Shown piece after piece: positions 25,607 through 39,938 of a stretch of 64,000 nt of DNA. The notes beneath the pieces were generated by a model. That model searched no databases. It worked only from the letters and a program-made list of their open reading frames with translations, and was not told the origin of the DNA. Source of the DNA: Octopus bimaculoides (taxonomy: Eukaryota); NCBI RefSeq assembly GCF_001194135.2, contig NC_068983.1, positions 27,994,488 through 28,058,487 on the forward strand, written 5' to 3'. A program made the position numbers and the translations under genes. Each line of letters starts with the position of its first letter. The first letter of the stretch is position 1.

Positions 25607-26044
25607 CTGGAGACAGAGAGACAGACAGACAGACAGAAACACGGATATGAGTGATAATAGAGAAAACAAACATTTATGTGTCTGGACAAATAGAAAAAAC
25701 ATCTAAGAAATGAAATGTTATAATGAATTTAAAAAATGACATAAAAATTAACAACAGAAAACATACACATAACACTCAGACAAAACGAGTAAACAAAACA
25801 ATATGCAAACATACTAAATGTGTGTGTGTGTGTGTGTGTGTGTGTTATAAGACACATAAAGACAAGCAAATATAGTGACTGCATTAAAATTATAAAGAAG
25901 AAATATTAACGTTAATATGACTTTCTGTATAAATGTATTTAAGCATGAATAAATATTTCTATAAGTATAAATGGCAGGAAAAGGTATGAATGATAAAACT
26001 ATGATGAGGAATATAGCTATGACATAACAGTAATTTGACATGGA

Positions 26045-26109
<65 letters not shown>

Positions 26110-26167
26110 AATGTATGCATGCATGCATGTGTATATGTATATATATATAGAGAGAGAGACTCAGATA

Positions 26168-26549
26168 GGCGCAGGAGTGGCTGTGTGGTAGGTAGCTTGC
26201 TTACCAACCACATGATTCCGGATTCAGTCCCACTGGGCAAGTGTCTTCTACTATAGCTTCGGGCCAACCAAAGCCTTGTAAGTGGATTTGGTAGACAGAA
26301 ACTGAAAGAAGCCTGTCATATATATGCACATATATAATATGTGAGTGTGTGTGTGTTTGTCCCCCCACCCCAACATCACTTGACAACTGATGCTGGTATA
26401 TTTACATCCCTGTAACTTAGTGGTTCGGCAAAAAAGACCGATAGAATAAGTACTAGGCTTACAAAGAATAAGTCCTGGGGTCGATTTGTTAGACTAGAGG
26501 CAGCGCTCCAGCATGGCCATAGTCAAATGACTGAAACAAGTAAAAGAGA
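26168..26549 (+). mobile_element. OK-like SINE copy
   Basis: ggcgcaggagtggctgtgtgg...gactgaaacaagtaaaagag. Confidence 0.9.
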
Positions 26550-27940
26550 CTCGCCCATCAGTTGACAACAGATAAGGTTTTTTGCAATTTCTTACTGAAT
26601 AACTACAGAGGTGATTTGTTTGTAGTGATCAAATGTTTTGTGTTCCCATAAGCTCATTTCCTTCATCAAATCGATATTGCCTGTTTAGGTGCACAAGTGT
26701 ACCACACATCAGATGATGAAATGATTGCAGAGTAATGCGAAATGAAGTGTTTTGCTCAAGAACATAACACACAACTCAATCTGGGAATTGAAACCATATG
26801 GCCTACTGGTTAGGCTGTTTGCTTAGCAAATTAATTAAATTCAATAAAACACACTCTGCACATTCTGTAAAGTATAGGTTAACAAATGAGCAGATAAAGC
26901 ATAACCTTAAGATGTCCTTTTAGTCTTGTAATGTAAAAAAACATGACAACCTCCCAAGTGTTGATGCCATGACCAAATGCATATAGTCTCTTTGTAAAGT
27001 GATAGGAAAGGTATCTAACTATAAAAACTAAAGCCAAAAATAAAACATACAAGCAAAGTATGAACTTCCATTCCATCTATAAAAGAACTAAATAGTAGTT
27101 GACTTGGACCGTGGCAATCTGGCAAACCCTTGCCAGTAGGGAGGTTGATGTAAAATTATGTAATAAATGGATCTCCAGTTTTTATTATGTGTTTTAATTA
27201 TTTGATCAATGAAATGGCCTTCTCATTGAATTAGCATGTAAGTGGCTGGGTATTCCACACATGGTACCCTTAGTATCATTCTCAAAAGGAATCAGTGTAT
27301 AATGAGTAACACAGCTTGTTCTTTAATTTAAAGGCACATAAAAAGCGCCAATTGTGCATGGCCGATGCCAGTACCACCTGATTGGCTGCCATGCTGGTGG
27401 CAGATAAAAGCACCTACTACACTCTCGGAGTGGTTGGTGTTAGGAAGAGCATCTAGCTGTAGAAACCTTACTATATCAGAAGGAAGCCTGGTGCAGCCTA
27501 CCTGCTTGCAAGTTCTCAGTCAAATCGTTCAACCCATGCCAGCATGGAAAGCAGACGTTAAATGACAATGACAATGACGATGATGATGATGATGAATCCT
27601 TTCAATGGGCTTTCATACAGTTCTGTTTATCCACTTCCTTTCCCAAATTTGGGTTGATTAGAGGCCATGATAAAAGAAAAAAACACTTGCTGAAGATGTT
27701 CCACACTTAGAATGAGTTTGGACCAAAAAGCAAATTGCTTAACTGTTCAGCCATCCTGGGGAGTTTAATAATAATTTCAAATTTTGGTACAAGACCAGCA
27801 ATTTCGGAGGAGGTGAGGGACAAGTTGATTACATTGACCCAGTGTTCAACTGGTACTTATTTTATCGACCCCAAAAGGATGAAAAGTAGAGTTGACCTTG
27901 GAGGAATTTGAACTCAGAACATAAAGACAGATGAAATCCA

Positions 27941-28302
27941 GAAGTAGTTGTATGCTGTCAACTTTATGTGACAGTCTCATGAAGGGAATAATACTACTGT
28001 TGGTTAGACCTAGGAAGCTACACCGCTTCCTGTCAGCCTTGACACATTTCCCGTGTCCTTATGTTTACAAGGGGGAGACATGCAGGCTTTGCTGGGTGGA
28101 GGTGCTTGTCTCCCCCTTGTAAACATAAGGACACAGGAAATGTGTCAAAGCCAACAGGAAGTGGTGCAGCTTCCTAGGTCTAACCAACAGTAGTAAATAT
28201 TCCCTTCAGGGGACTGTCACATTAAGTTGACAGCATACAACTACTTCATCATATCATTAGTGCATAAATCTCTCTAAGAGATTTAGAAATGTATTATTTC
28301 TA
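27941..28302. mobile_element. Fold-back element copy B with hairpin-like right end
   Basis: gaagtagttgtatgctgtcaac...gttgacagcatacaactacttc with arms of about 140 bp. The right end continues atcatatcattagtgcataaatctctctaagagatttagaaatgtattatttcta. Confidence 0.8.
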
Positions 28303-31300
28303 AAGATGAAATGCTGTTAAGTATTTTGCCCAGCATGCTAATGGTTCTGCCAGCTTGTTACCTCCTTGACGTTTTAATAATGAAAAACTTTTTGAGGATT
28401 GCTACATAACTCGGCTATTTTGAGTAATGAATATGATACTACTCTGTGACTGCTTCTGGTGTTACCAAACCAAGCAAACTATTTTAACATGTCCATATTT
28501 AAATCAAAACCTTCCAACATAACATCATCATTATCGTTTAACGTCTGCTTTCCATGCTAGCATGGGTTGGACNNNNNNNNNNNNNNNNNNNNNNNNNNNN
28601 NNNNNNNNNNNNNNNNNNNNNNNNNNNNNNNNNNNNNNNNNNNNNNNNNNNNNNNNNNNNNNNNNNNNNNNNAATGAGATAGAAGTTGTTTCCTGTTTGT
28701 TTACAGTCTTTATTGCACCTAATGATGAATAAAAGATTTCATTAAATTCTTTGAAATTCTTGGTTATCTTAGAAATGAATTTAAAAATGTAGGTAGTAAG
28801 TTTCATTAGAATATGCTCATGAACTTTATCCAATGAAATTACTTCTAAAAAGAGGGAAACAAATTTGTTTGTTTTTTTTGTTTTTTTTTGTTTTGTTTTT
28901 TTGTGTTTTTAATTGATAAAGTATTTACAGTTAATTTTTATCAGGTAACTGAAATAACAGTGTAAACATCAAGCATAATAATACGATGTTTAATATGCAA
29001 CACTGTCTAATTAGATTTATGTAAGAGAACTACTAGTGGAAAGATAAAGAACTTTAACATTTCTTTGAATAATCTGTGTTGTTATGTAGAAAAAAAAAAT
29101 AGTGGAGATTGATCAACTTTTAGTCATCTTTACAATCTCTAATAATTTCATACAGAAACAGGTTGTTGTTTCAATAGGACAACAAATTTTCAATAAAAGA
29201 AACCAGTCAGTATCATGAGTAAAATCTAAGGGCTACATGGTGGTTACTAGCTGACTTTTATTTTGGTAATTATCTATTTCAAATGTCAGATACAAAAACA
29301 GAATGTTGGTATCTCTCTGGTCAATGCTTAAAATTGCAGTCAGGTGAATGTTTGAGGACATACATAAACAAAACATGCCAGTACAAATACTCACAGATAA
29401 TCAACATATCCATTTGGGGATGAACACTGTAAAAACAGATTTTTGGTCATGATGACCCAGTTTTTAATTATTTCTCGCTGATAATTTGGAAAGCTGTTTA
29501 AATTTTAACGTATAACTTTGAGCTTTATACTTGCAATAAGTTTTGAAATTAAAAATGAAATAGGGCAATGGATCATGACAACATATTTGAGACACACATA
29601 TACACATTTACATAAATTGATATACATTTACATAAATTGATACACATTTACATAAATTAATCATCATTTCAACATCCATTTTTTAATGCTTGCATGAGTC
29701 ATCAAATTTTCAACAGTCAGATCCCCTTCCTGTCTCCAACCCTCACCTCATTCAAAGCAAAGTAATACTTCCCCATAGCCTGATATGTTTTACCAGAAAA
29801 TTGTAAATAATAAACTGCTTGTATAATAGTAATGCTCTTTTGCAGCTCTCGTGCAATGCAAGACAAGGAGACACAAGCCTGCATACACACACACATGAAG
29901 GCTTTGTTTAGATCTCATTTTCCAAATCTACTCCCAAAGCTTTAGCAGGAAACACTTGCCCAAGGTGCCATGCAATGCAACTGAACCCCAAAACCATATG
30001 GTCGAGTAGAGACAAACATTGCATTTATGCTGGCACTTAGCTACCTATCTGCAGATATACGTACATATATAAACATACAAACAACTAGAGGTGAAGAAAA
30101 CTCTGCTATTTTAAATACTCATAATAAAAGGATGCAAAGAAAAACTAATAAAACAGAAGCCTAATGGTATCAGTAACCCTTGGATGTACAATAACATCCT
30201 TTGACACAATGAAATAACAACAAAAGTGAACAATAATGACTAACGCAATGCTATTTCTAAGAAAATCTAATTATCATATGGTATTAAGTATTAGCAATTT
30301 TCTAAAAGTACAATCAAGAATATCTATCATTATTTAGTTAATGAACAATTAGCTTTACTACTTTTGAAGTTGTCTCAATCTATAAATTGTTTTAATTGCA
30401 ACAGAATGTTAATTTATTATGAATCAATTCCAATTATGCTTGACTGTGCAAATAACAATGTAGAGGAGAATAATCAGAAATTCTTTGTAGCTATGTAATG
30501 AGTCTATTTAATGTTGAGCACATCCCCATCCCATACACACACATACTCATTAGTCTTGATTGAGTAGAGTTATGGGAAAAGAACTCTGGCCCTTACCATC
30601 CCATCATTTCGGAGTAATGTTAAGCTTGATAAAAGAATTCCAATCCATGCCATCTCATCATTTTAGTGGGTTATGTAGGGGTGCCTTTTCCAATGTATTC
30701 TTTAATTAAAGACAGTTGGGTGTGACTTCAGGAATGATTTCACTACTATTTCTTAAGCCTATCAGCTTGAATTTCAGAAAGCAGTGCCATAGCAGTTGAA
30801 ACCTGCACCTCTGGTTAAGCAAGAAAAGGTATTACCAACAGTGTTACAGGAGCATTCATTGTATTTTATAAAAGTGGACATCTAAATAACTTTCCTTCTG
30901 ATTCAAACACTTAAGAAACCTTCAAATTAATGTTTAGCACAGGTTTCAGTAACAACAACACAAAATTTCATTGATGAAACCAAAATAAGAGAATTTTATC
31001 AGTCAAACTGAGATCTTGACTGATAAAACTGCATGCCATACGAAGAACCAACTACTTTCTTTGAAATTTTGGATAACATTATTGCAGTTTATCAACAGGA
31101 TGTTTCAATTTCATTTCCTTTTTTATAAATTATTGATACATAAGCAAAGTTTACTTTGATGCTTTAATGTATTACAGAATAAATCAATAGATTTTAGCCA
31201 AGATTTCTTGCATACATTTAACTAATTTATGTTTGTTCAGTACATTTAAACATCTTTTTATATAATCTCTTTGTGGACAGAATAAAGGACCAACTTAACT

Positions 31301-31468
31301 GGTTTCAATCTGCCTAGAGATTTCATCAACAATTTCATACCCATTTCCAGCTTTCTATCAAGATATGAGTATATACTCACTTTTACGAAGAGGTTAATTA
31401 AAAATTGAATAAAGTCATTTGCATAAATAAGGTGTCATGATTAATAAGTGTGTATGTGTTAGCAGTGT

Positions 31469-31840
31469 GGAGGCGCAATGGCCCAGTGGTTAGTGCAGTG
31501 GACTCACGGTCATTGGATCATGGTTTCGATTCCCAGACCGGGCGTTGTGAGTGTTTATTGAGTGAAAACACCTAAAGCTCCACAAGGCTCTGGCGAACCT
31601 GGCTGTACTCTTTCACCACAACTTTCTCTCACTCTTACTTCCTGTTTCTGTTGTGCCTGTAATTCAAAGGGTCAGCCTTGTCACACTCTGTGTCACGCTG
31701 AATCTCCCTCAAGAACTACGTTAAGGGTACACGTCTCTGTGGAGTGCTCAGCCACTTGCACATTAATTTCATGAGCAGGCTGTTCTGTTGATCAGATCAA
31801 CTGGAACCCTTAACGTCATAAGCAACGGAGTGCCATCATA
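31469..31840 (+). mobile_element. Second tRNA-derived SINE family
   Basis: Head ggaggcgcaatggcccagtgg...ggtttcgattccc. 12-bp TSD-like tatgtgttagca at 31453-31464 and 31846-31857. Homologous copies at 21830-22200 (-) and 44993-45362 (+). Confidence 0.85.
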
Positions 31841-33407
31841 CCATATATGTGTTAGCAATATTTGAGAGTTATGCTGTAATGTACTACAAACAAAATCCTT
31901 AGATTTTTAACCAACGCTATGTAAATCAGCCTTAATAAAATTTAGTGGCCAATTGTAAACTGCCTTTTTATGCAGTCTCTTTGAATTAGTAGAGGCATTA
32001 ATTAGGGTGTTGGATAAAATACCGCACAATATTTGTTCCAACTCATTTTGTTGTGTTGAAATACTGTGAAAATAAAATTTGCCTTTCAGTTTTATTGGGT
32101 TGAAAAAAAAAAGCACCATTCCAAAGATTGGATTGACAGAACTGTTAGTGTTAAATGTAATGCCTTGTGCTATCTCTTCTGTCCCTTTGCACTCTGATAG
32201 ATATATTCATGCCATATCAACCCTAAAGTAACGATCCTTTTGTTGGTCAATATCAGTGGTATGGAGAGAGAAGATTTGCATGCATGAACAACTGCCAGTC
32301 TCCGACAAAAAAATGCTTGCTCAGGTCCACACATACATGACCAGCCATACCAATGGAGACCTGTCCATTAGGGACAGAAACAGAAAAAGATGAATCATAT
32401 GGACTTTTTTCAATCTACCTCTTTCTAACTTTGAACATTAAAAGTTTCATTTTCTGTCCACAGAGAGATTGTATAAAAAAAGACAGTTGTTTATAACTGT
32501 TGATTGTTTTAATTAAGTTTAATTTATACATGCAGCATCTATAGACTTCTTTTTGCAGCAAATTATTAACATATTTAACTGAGGTTTTAGTACCGATATC
32601 AATGGCTCTAATTTTGCCTGCAAACTCCCAAGCTTTAATATATTCTAGTAATAGGATTTTTGGATTATTTAAAGTTCAAAGGTTTTTTTTATTATTATTA
32701 TTTATATCACTGAGTGGTTGGCGTTAGGAAGGGCATCCAGCTGTAGAAACTCTGCCAAATTTAGATTGGAGCCTGGTGTTGCCATCCGCTTTCACCAGTC
32801 CGCAGTCAAATCGTCCAACCCATGCTAGCATGGAAAGCGGACGTTAAACGATGATGATGATGATGATGATCACAATAGCAGAGTATATTTTCCAGTGGAT
32901 CAAATATTAGTCATTGCATTTCTAACAGTAACAATGTTTAGAGTATCTGAGTAATTCACTGCCGAATAAGAGCTTTGTTTCAAAAACGATACTTTAAAAA
33001 TTTTTTTCTGTATGATGGGTTTTTCTTAATAATTAGATTAATCAAATATGTTATACAACAATAATATTTGATTCATTTACTTATTTTTATTTTTCAATTT
33101 TTAGCATATGTTATCTTATTGCTTATATGAGAAGAGTTCATCATCATATCTCAATTCCTTGAGTAAATGCATGGACATTAAAACTACCAAAACAGATTGT
33201 TATAGAATATCTAAAATGGCAAATAAAAAATGAAGTACCTTTTGATTTTGACAAGTTCCCTGAGCAGACACAACTGCACCTTTGATGCACCACAATTGTT
33301 TGTACAGTACCTTGCATGTGAGGTACTGGTGCACAATAAATGAAAATGATCATAATGAGCAAATAATTTCCTGAATTCCATTTTTTTCATTTTTATATAT
33401 GTATATA

Positions 33408-33569
33408 GGCGTAGGAGTGGCTGTGTGGTAAGTAGCTTGCTTACCAACCACATGGTTCCGAGTTCAGTCCCACCGCGTTGCACCTTGGGCAAGTGTCTTC
33501 TACTATAGCCTAGGGCCGACCAAAGCCTTGTGAGTGGATTTGGTAGATGGAAACTAAAAGAAGCTCGTC

Positions 33570-33629
<60 letters not shown>

Positions 33630-33848
33630 TTGTGTGTTTATGTTTGTGTGTCTGTGTTTGTCCCCGCAGCATCGCTTGACAACCGATGGTGGTGTGTTTA
33701 TGTCCCCGTAACATAGTGGTTCAGCAAAAGAGACCGATAGAATAAGTACTAGGCTTCCAAAGAATAAGTCCTGGGGTCGATTTACTCGACTAAAAGGTGG
33801 TGCTCCAGCATGACTGCAGTCAAATGACTGAAACAAGTAAAAGAGTAT
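33408..33848 (+). mobile_element. OK-like SINE copy, full length
   Basis: ggcgtaggagtggctgtgtgg...(TA)n...gactgaaacaagtaaaagagta. Confidence 0.9.
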
Positions 33849-34783
33849 ATAAAAAAACCAGTTTCGAATAATGGCCATTACACATTTTGCCTTTATTAGC
33901 TCATAGCTATTTCCAGTAGTCTTAATACGTGTATTACCTATAGATTTACTCAATAGCTCTATATGTATATGCATATGATTGGGATATATGTATGTGTGTG
34001 TTGGTCATCTCCTTGTCTTGACATTGCATGATAATTGTCAACAGATGTCACTGACATACAAGAGAAGCTGTTCATTTCCAGTCTTCCGTGTCTGGCAATG
34101 AGGAAATATTACCTTGAATACAGCCAGGTGAGGGATCATAATCAGAAGGGTGTCTACCCATTAAAAATCTGCTTCAAGGGATTCTGTCTGACTAAGCAAG
34201 CATGGAAAAGTGGACATTAAAACAATAACAATGATAGCATCAATGACAACAATAATAATGATGATGATGATGATGATGATGACTGCACTTTATAGAAATA
34301 TCGCCTATCCTTATCAGAATGTTCACAATATACAGGAAAATCTATCCCAATTTATTAAATTTAGGACAATTGTGTCCCACTCTCAAGTCTCTGTGTTTCT
34401 GTCTATCACCAACCTATTGACAAGACTTTCATAAACATGGAAACTGTCATGAAGACCCAGTTCCTTCATAATGAGGTGATTTCTTTTCCTTATAACATAG
34501 AATGACTGAATCATTATGAAACCAACAGATCCACTTCCTTTACTTACTTTGCAATCGAGACTTCACCATAATCAACAGCACACATACAAATATATACAAC
34601 TATCATTCTTATGAGAGAACAAAGTACCTTTTCACAGAGTCTCAAACTAACAGAAATAGCAGCCAAATCTCCATCAAATTACACCCCATCATCTTAAATA
34701 AAAGGCAGGACACACTCTACCTTTGTCATAGATTTGTAGATTTCCCCTGGCATAAATTGAATTTGGGATATATATTTTCTTAC

Positions 34784-35130
34784 CTGCACTTCGCAGCATA
34801 TATCTTCATCAAGACTTGGAGGTGGTGGCACAATCAATTTTGCAATCAATGAATCTATATCTTCATCTAGTAAACTTGGGCAGTGTTCAGCACTTGCTGA
34901 TCTTACCATTTGTTGATAGCGCTTTGTTCTGAACTTACTACGCCTTGATGCTGGAGTGTCAATTGAAGAAGATAATGTTACAAAAGATGGGGTTGTCTCA
35001 CTTCTTGAGTCGATAGTATGCATTGCCATTCTCTTGTCTTTAGGTCTAACTTTGATTGGCTCAGCTGAAGTACTTCTTATATGACATGGTGATGAGGGTG
35101 AATGTATTTCAGCAGTCACATTGTATATAT
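34784..35130 (-). CDS. FRMPD4: FRMPD4-like gene exon (347 nt, phase 1-0)
   Basis: Acceptor gtttctttgtag|AT ATA TAC and donor CAG|gtaaga. Translates DIYNVTAEIHSPSSP...DEDIDSLIAKLIVPPPPSLDEDICCEVQ. Confidence 0.85.
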
Positions 35131-36614
35131 CTACAAAGAAACAAAAAACACATTTTATGATACTGTAGCTTAACCCATTAGCATTCAGATTACTCTTTCA
35201 AATGTAATGATTATTTATTCACATGGTTTTGAATTAATTATACATTATCTCATAGCTTTGAAATTTCAATAACGTGATTGTTTATTTTTAGAGTGACATT
35301 GTTAGTTATGTATGAGAGGCAGGATCTGGCTAGCTTGATTTAAAAACGGTAGAATATTTGGGTCAGATATGGCTTGTTTAAATGCTAAGAGGTTAAATGT
35401 TCAAATATAATGCAGATCAAAATAGTTTCTTTAACTGCTGCAGATTAAGATGCTCTCCAACAAGCTGTAGCCTTCTTGAGTTCACATCCACCTGTTACAG
35501 ATTTTCTACTCACATAATTTTCTTAATATACATATCAAAGTAAAAAGAGATGTTTACCCAAAAGTGTTTCATATTTCGACTATATAACAGAATTATCTTC
35601 AAAATTTTGAAATATATTGGCTTATTACCCAAACAGATTGAAAATTTCTTGTACACATGCAATTGTGCTACCCACATAACAGGAGATTTGTTGTTGTTAC
35701 ATGGACAAGCATCTAAAATATCATCAAAAGGACATTTCGTTGGTTAGTAAGCACTTGGGACACACTCCTCAACACAAACTAAGGGCCATAAAAATGATGT
35801 TTCTTCTCCCTGTTGCTTCATCTTATATAATACTGCTGCCACATGCAAGTGTACCACACTTTTCACTAATTGTTTTTGGTGCTTTTGTCACTGTGAGCAG
35901 CTAATACTTATTTCAGTTGAGCATACTGGAGTAGTATCAAGTGTCTTGCTCAAGGACATAGCATATTACCCAGTCCAGGAACTGAATTTACAACTTTGTG
36001 ATCATAAGCCCAACACCTAACCACTAAACAATATGCTTTGACACTGCTTCTTCTACTACTACTACTGCTATGGCAACTGTTCATCAGAATTACCATTGTG
36101 TTCCCACAATTTGCAAGCCTCTAAGCCTTCAAATTGCATCAACGTGAAATCAATTCTATATTAAGCTTGATGTTTACAACATGAGAGTGAATATACTATT
36201 ATTGAAATGCAGATGTAATAGCTTGTGTATATTATTATTGAAACACAGATATAAAACTGGAACAAATAACAGCTAAAGTGATTTAAACCAACACCTAAAT
36301 TTTAAATCAGCTGATTCACCTTGAATACTTTTACATTTTGTTGAGTATAATTAAGAATTTACAAGATTGAAAAGACAACTCTGGTTAGAATTTTTGTTTC
36401 TATAATAATATACTATGTCGCTATATTACAAGAAATGACTAAAAAGAATGGTAACAGGAAAGGCATCCAACAGCAAAATACTGATCCAGAAAACCAATCT
36501 GACCCATCACAGTGTTGATAAATATATGTAAAACAATGATAGTAATAATGTTGATCTTGGTTTTAAAACTGATCATTTACAAAAAAATTGATATATTTTT
36601 AATTTTAGATTAAT

Positions 36615-37120
36615 ATCATCATCATCCTCATCATCGTTTAACATCCGCTTTCCATACTAGCATGGGTTGGACTATTTGACTGAGGACTGGTGAACCAGAT
36701 GGCTACACCAGACTCCAATCTGATTCGGCAGAGTTTCTACAGCTGGATGCCCTTCCTAACACCAATCACTCTGAGAGTGTAGTGGGTGCTTTTATGTGCC
36801 ACTGGCTCGATGGCCAGTCAGGCGGTACTGGCAATGGCCATGCTCAAAATGGTGTATTTTATGTGCCACCTGCACAGGAGCCAGTCCAGCGGCACTGGCA
36901 ACGATCTCGCTTGAATGACTTTTCACGTGCCAGGAAGGCGACGCTGGTAACGATCAGGCTCGAACGGTGCTCTTTGCTCTCCACTGGTACAGGTGCCATC
37001 ACGATTTCGCTTGCCCCAACAGGTCTTCACAAGCCGAGTTTAGTGTCCAATGAAGGAGACGTTAGCATGGGAGCCAGTCATCGAATTTAGTTTGATTTCG
37101 ATTTCACTTGCCTCAACAGG
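36615..37120 (-). mobile_element. (GAT)n-tailed SINE with several diverged ~60-bp 5' units
   Basis: Same layout as the 5025 copy, but the units are few and diverged. Confidence 0.85.
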
Positions 37121-37541
37121 TTATATATATTTAGTATTTTATCAATACAGTTAAAGTATTGGTTGACTCTGTTAACATACTTGACAAAGATAAGCTGATG
37201 AGAAAACGTCTATGTTATTAGCCTGGGCCAGTGAACAAGCTTTAATGCCTTCACTTAATCTGCAAGAATTTTGATCTTAGCTGATCTAACTATATCAAAA
37301 AAGAATGCTAAGGATATTTCAGTACCAGAGAGATCTGATAGCCAACATAACTGGACTTTATCAGTAAACAACAGAACAACTGCAATAGAGGGTGATAATA
37401 CCATGAGAATCTCTATTAATAAACACAGGCATGTTGAAAACTTTTTTTATTCTAAGTTTTCGTTCATGCTATCATTTAACTGCAAAATATGATTTAACAT
37501 GAAGATATGACAGTGTGTCTATTTGGTCAACATTCTCTCAC

Positions 37542-37796
37542 CTGAACAAGGGCTTGACATAACTTTCACACTTGCTTGATCTAATACTAAAGATACAGGA
37601 TGTACCAGCTTGGAACTTTGTGGCTTGGTCTGTTGCAGTTGTAGTTGTTTTTGGTGACAAACTGGTTTGAAACTGGTTTTGTTTTCTATTTGGTCATCAT
37701 CAGAAAAGCCAGGTGGTGGCGCACTGGTGAGATTGTGAGAAAGACTGATGCATTCTTCGTTCATTGTCACTTCTGGTGGAGGAATTAATGTTAAGT
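37542..37796 (-). CDS. FRMPD4: FRMPD4-like gene exon (255 nt, phase 1-1) with SAPPPGFSDDD Homer-type motif
   Basis: Acceptor ctttttctgttttag|AC TTA ACA and donor TCA G|gtgaga. Translates DLTLIPPPEVTMNEEC...SAPPPGFSDDDQ...SSPCS. PPPGF followed by acidic/Ser residues resembles the Homer-binding motif I recall from vertebrate FRMPD4. Confidence 0.8.
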
Positions 37797-38828
37797 CTAA
37801 AACAGAAAAAGAAAGGAAAAATTTTCAGAAACATTGAAAAATATCTTTCATATTCTCTCTTCACATGCCATGCCTACAGGTGTCAGTGATTCATAGACAT
37901 CCATATCAAAATCTGAAGATTGATTATTTTTCTCATGGAAAAATACAGCAGTGGTTGCCTTCTTCTTGCCTTCTGCCAGTTTATTTATAGTTTTTGTAAT
38001 CTGTTTCTACTCTCCCAAGCTTACTCTTGATGCACTGAGGCTGTTTAACCCCGAGGTAGGGATACTGGTTCACATGACATCAGAGCATGTCAATACACAA
38101 GTGAGATTGTGTGATGTATGTTTAGGAGTCAACGGTCACTTAAGTCCTGGATGCATTGGCCACAGGATCATTATCTTTTATAAGACCCACAACTAAGATA
38201 CTCGAAAAGGTACTACCACCTGGACCGTAATATGGGAATAGACATGACTAAGGAATAATTTATACTCACTCATACTCCTAAACTCTCCAACTGGAATCAC
38301 ACCACCAGAATGTAATTCTATGTCTTGCCCAGGATGAATGTTTCATATCAGCATTGCTCTAATTTTACCATTATGAATATTGACTTGTAACATGGGCACA
38401 AGACCAGAAATATGGGGTAAGAGTACGGTTGGTTAAATTGACTCCAATATTTGGTTGGTATTTTAAGTTATTGGTCCCAATAGAATGAAAGACAAAGTTA
38501 ATTTGGCAGAATTTTGGCTAAATAGATTTATCATATTTCTCTGAATAAGTAACCTTTGGATTATTTGATGTGTGTATGAGTGTGCGTGTGAAAACATATA
38601 CAGTGTATTTAATAATCATCAAAAATCTAATTGAAAATAATTATGCAGTAAGAGAAAAAACTAAAAGACTAATATTTTAATCTTTTTTTTATTACATGTT
38701 GGAAACAGCTCTGTGCATTCTTTAGTCTCTCATTAGATCTCTTCAGTGAAGCCTTGACTTCACTGTATTTACAAAAGTAATGATAGAACAATCACAAAGC
38801 TGATGTACAATAGTGTGTACATACATAC

Positions 38829-38892
<64 letters not shown>

Positions 38893-39938
38893 GTTTATAT
38901 TTATATAAGGGCATTACTACAGAATAATGCCACACACTAGACTTCCCAAATAAACACATTTTATTACCGAATGCGAGGAAAAGCAACTATATATATACCT
39001 ATACAAGGGGAAAAACAAGAAGAAAATGGAGAAGAAATGAATGTAATTAATAATTTATTTCTATGTTACAAAAATATGATAGTTTTTCTAAAAAAAAAAA
39101 AAGCATAACAGTACAACTAAATTGAATTACAGGTTGATAGCTCAAAAAATAAAATAAAATAAGGAAACTACATATATGTTTCAGTCCTGTGATTTAGTTG
39201 ATAGGAGTTTCGAAGAATTTGATTTAATGCTAAGAAAGTTACTAAATTCTAACTATATAGTGGTAGGACTTCTCCAGGGTTAATATAAGAGCTCATGGAA
39301 GTTAGGTAATCATTCTTATTTTTAAAAGAAAAAAATTATCATCTTTTTATAACAAACAAATCGATTATTAATTACAACCATTTCTTCTCCATTTTCTTCT
39401 TGTTTTCCCCTAATATTGCAGTGAATCTGGTGCAAAGCTTTCATCAGCCTTTGCAGAAAGCTTTTGTCTTTCGCAACACTTGTAACATAGGGAGGGGGAT
39501 ATGCATGGACAATCACTAGCTTATCACAAAAAAGCAACAAAGAAACATAACCTTGTCCAGGCCTGCAGGTATTGTCAACCCTGATAAAAAGAAGCCCAAG
39601 ATGTGTGTGTGTACGTGTATGTTTATATTGCATCAGTATGAGTTGAAAAATTGGTACATTCAAGCAAATTTATTTTGTGGTGTTAAGTCTGACTCAGTTA
39701 TTGCCCTTCAGATTAACGTACTTATGCCATTTTGTAAATTATAAATATGATGAAGCAAATATTATGATTGATACATGTGATTGATAACAACCCTTCAGTG
39801 TTGTGCTCTGGCATGACCACCTGCTTTGTGGTTATTAAGCTGAAGAATAAATGAGGAATTTAAAAAAATATTTCAAATATTTAATTTCTGAGAAAGTCAC
39901 TGTTATTGATACCTTAAAAATGAGGATAACACATTTAA

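Noticed and set aside
25814-26267. HTHT/CVCV/YIYI-rich ORFs here and throughout the track
   Set aside because: They are translations of (CA)n, (TG)n and (TA)n microsatellites and SINE bodies.
28673-28844. Minus-strand open frame with good acceptor (EVISLDKVHEHILMK...) between FRMPD4-like exons
   Set aside because: The phase-1 acceptor does not match the phase-0 donor at 34784, the codons are very AT-rich, and it runs into a gap so no donor is visible. The 34784->24199 join already works.
31469-31540. tRNA-like sequences with A and B boxes (also 1242, 26168, 33408, 44993)
   Set aside because: They continue directly into SINE bodies, with no complete cloverleaf or acceptor stem, so they are SINE heads rather than tRNA genes.
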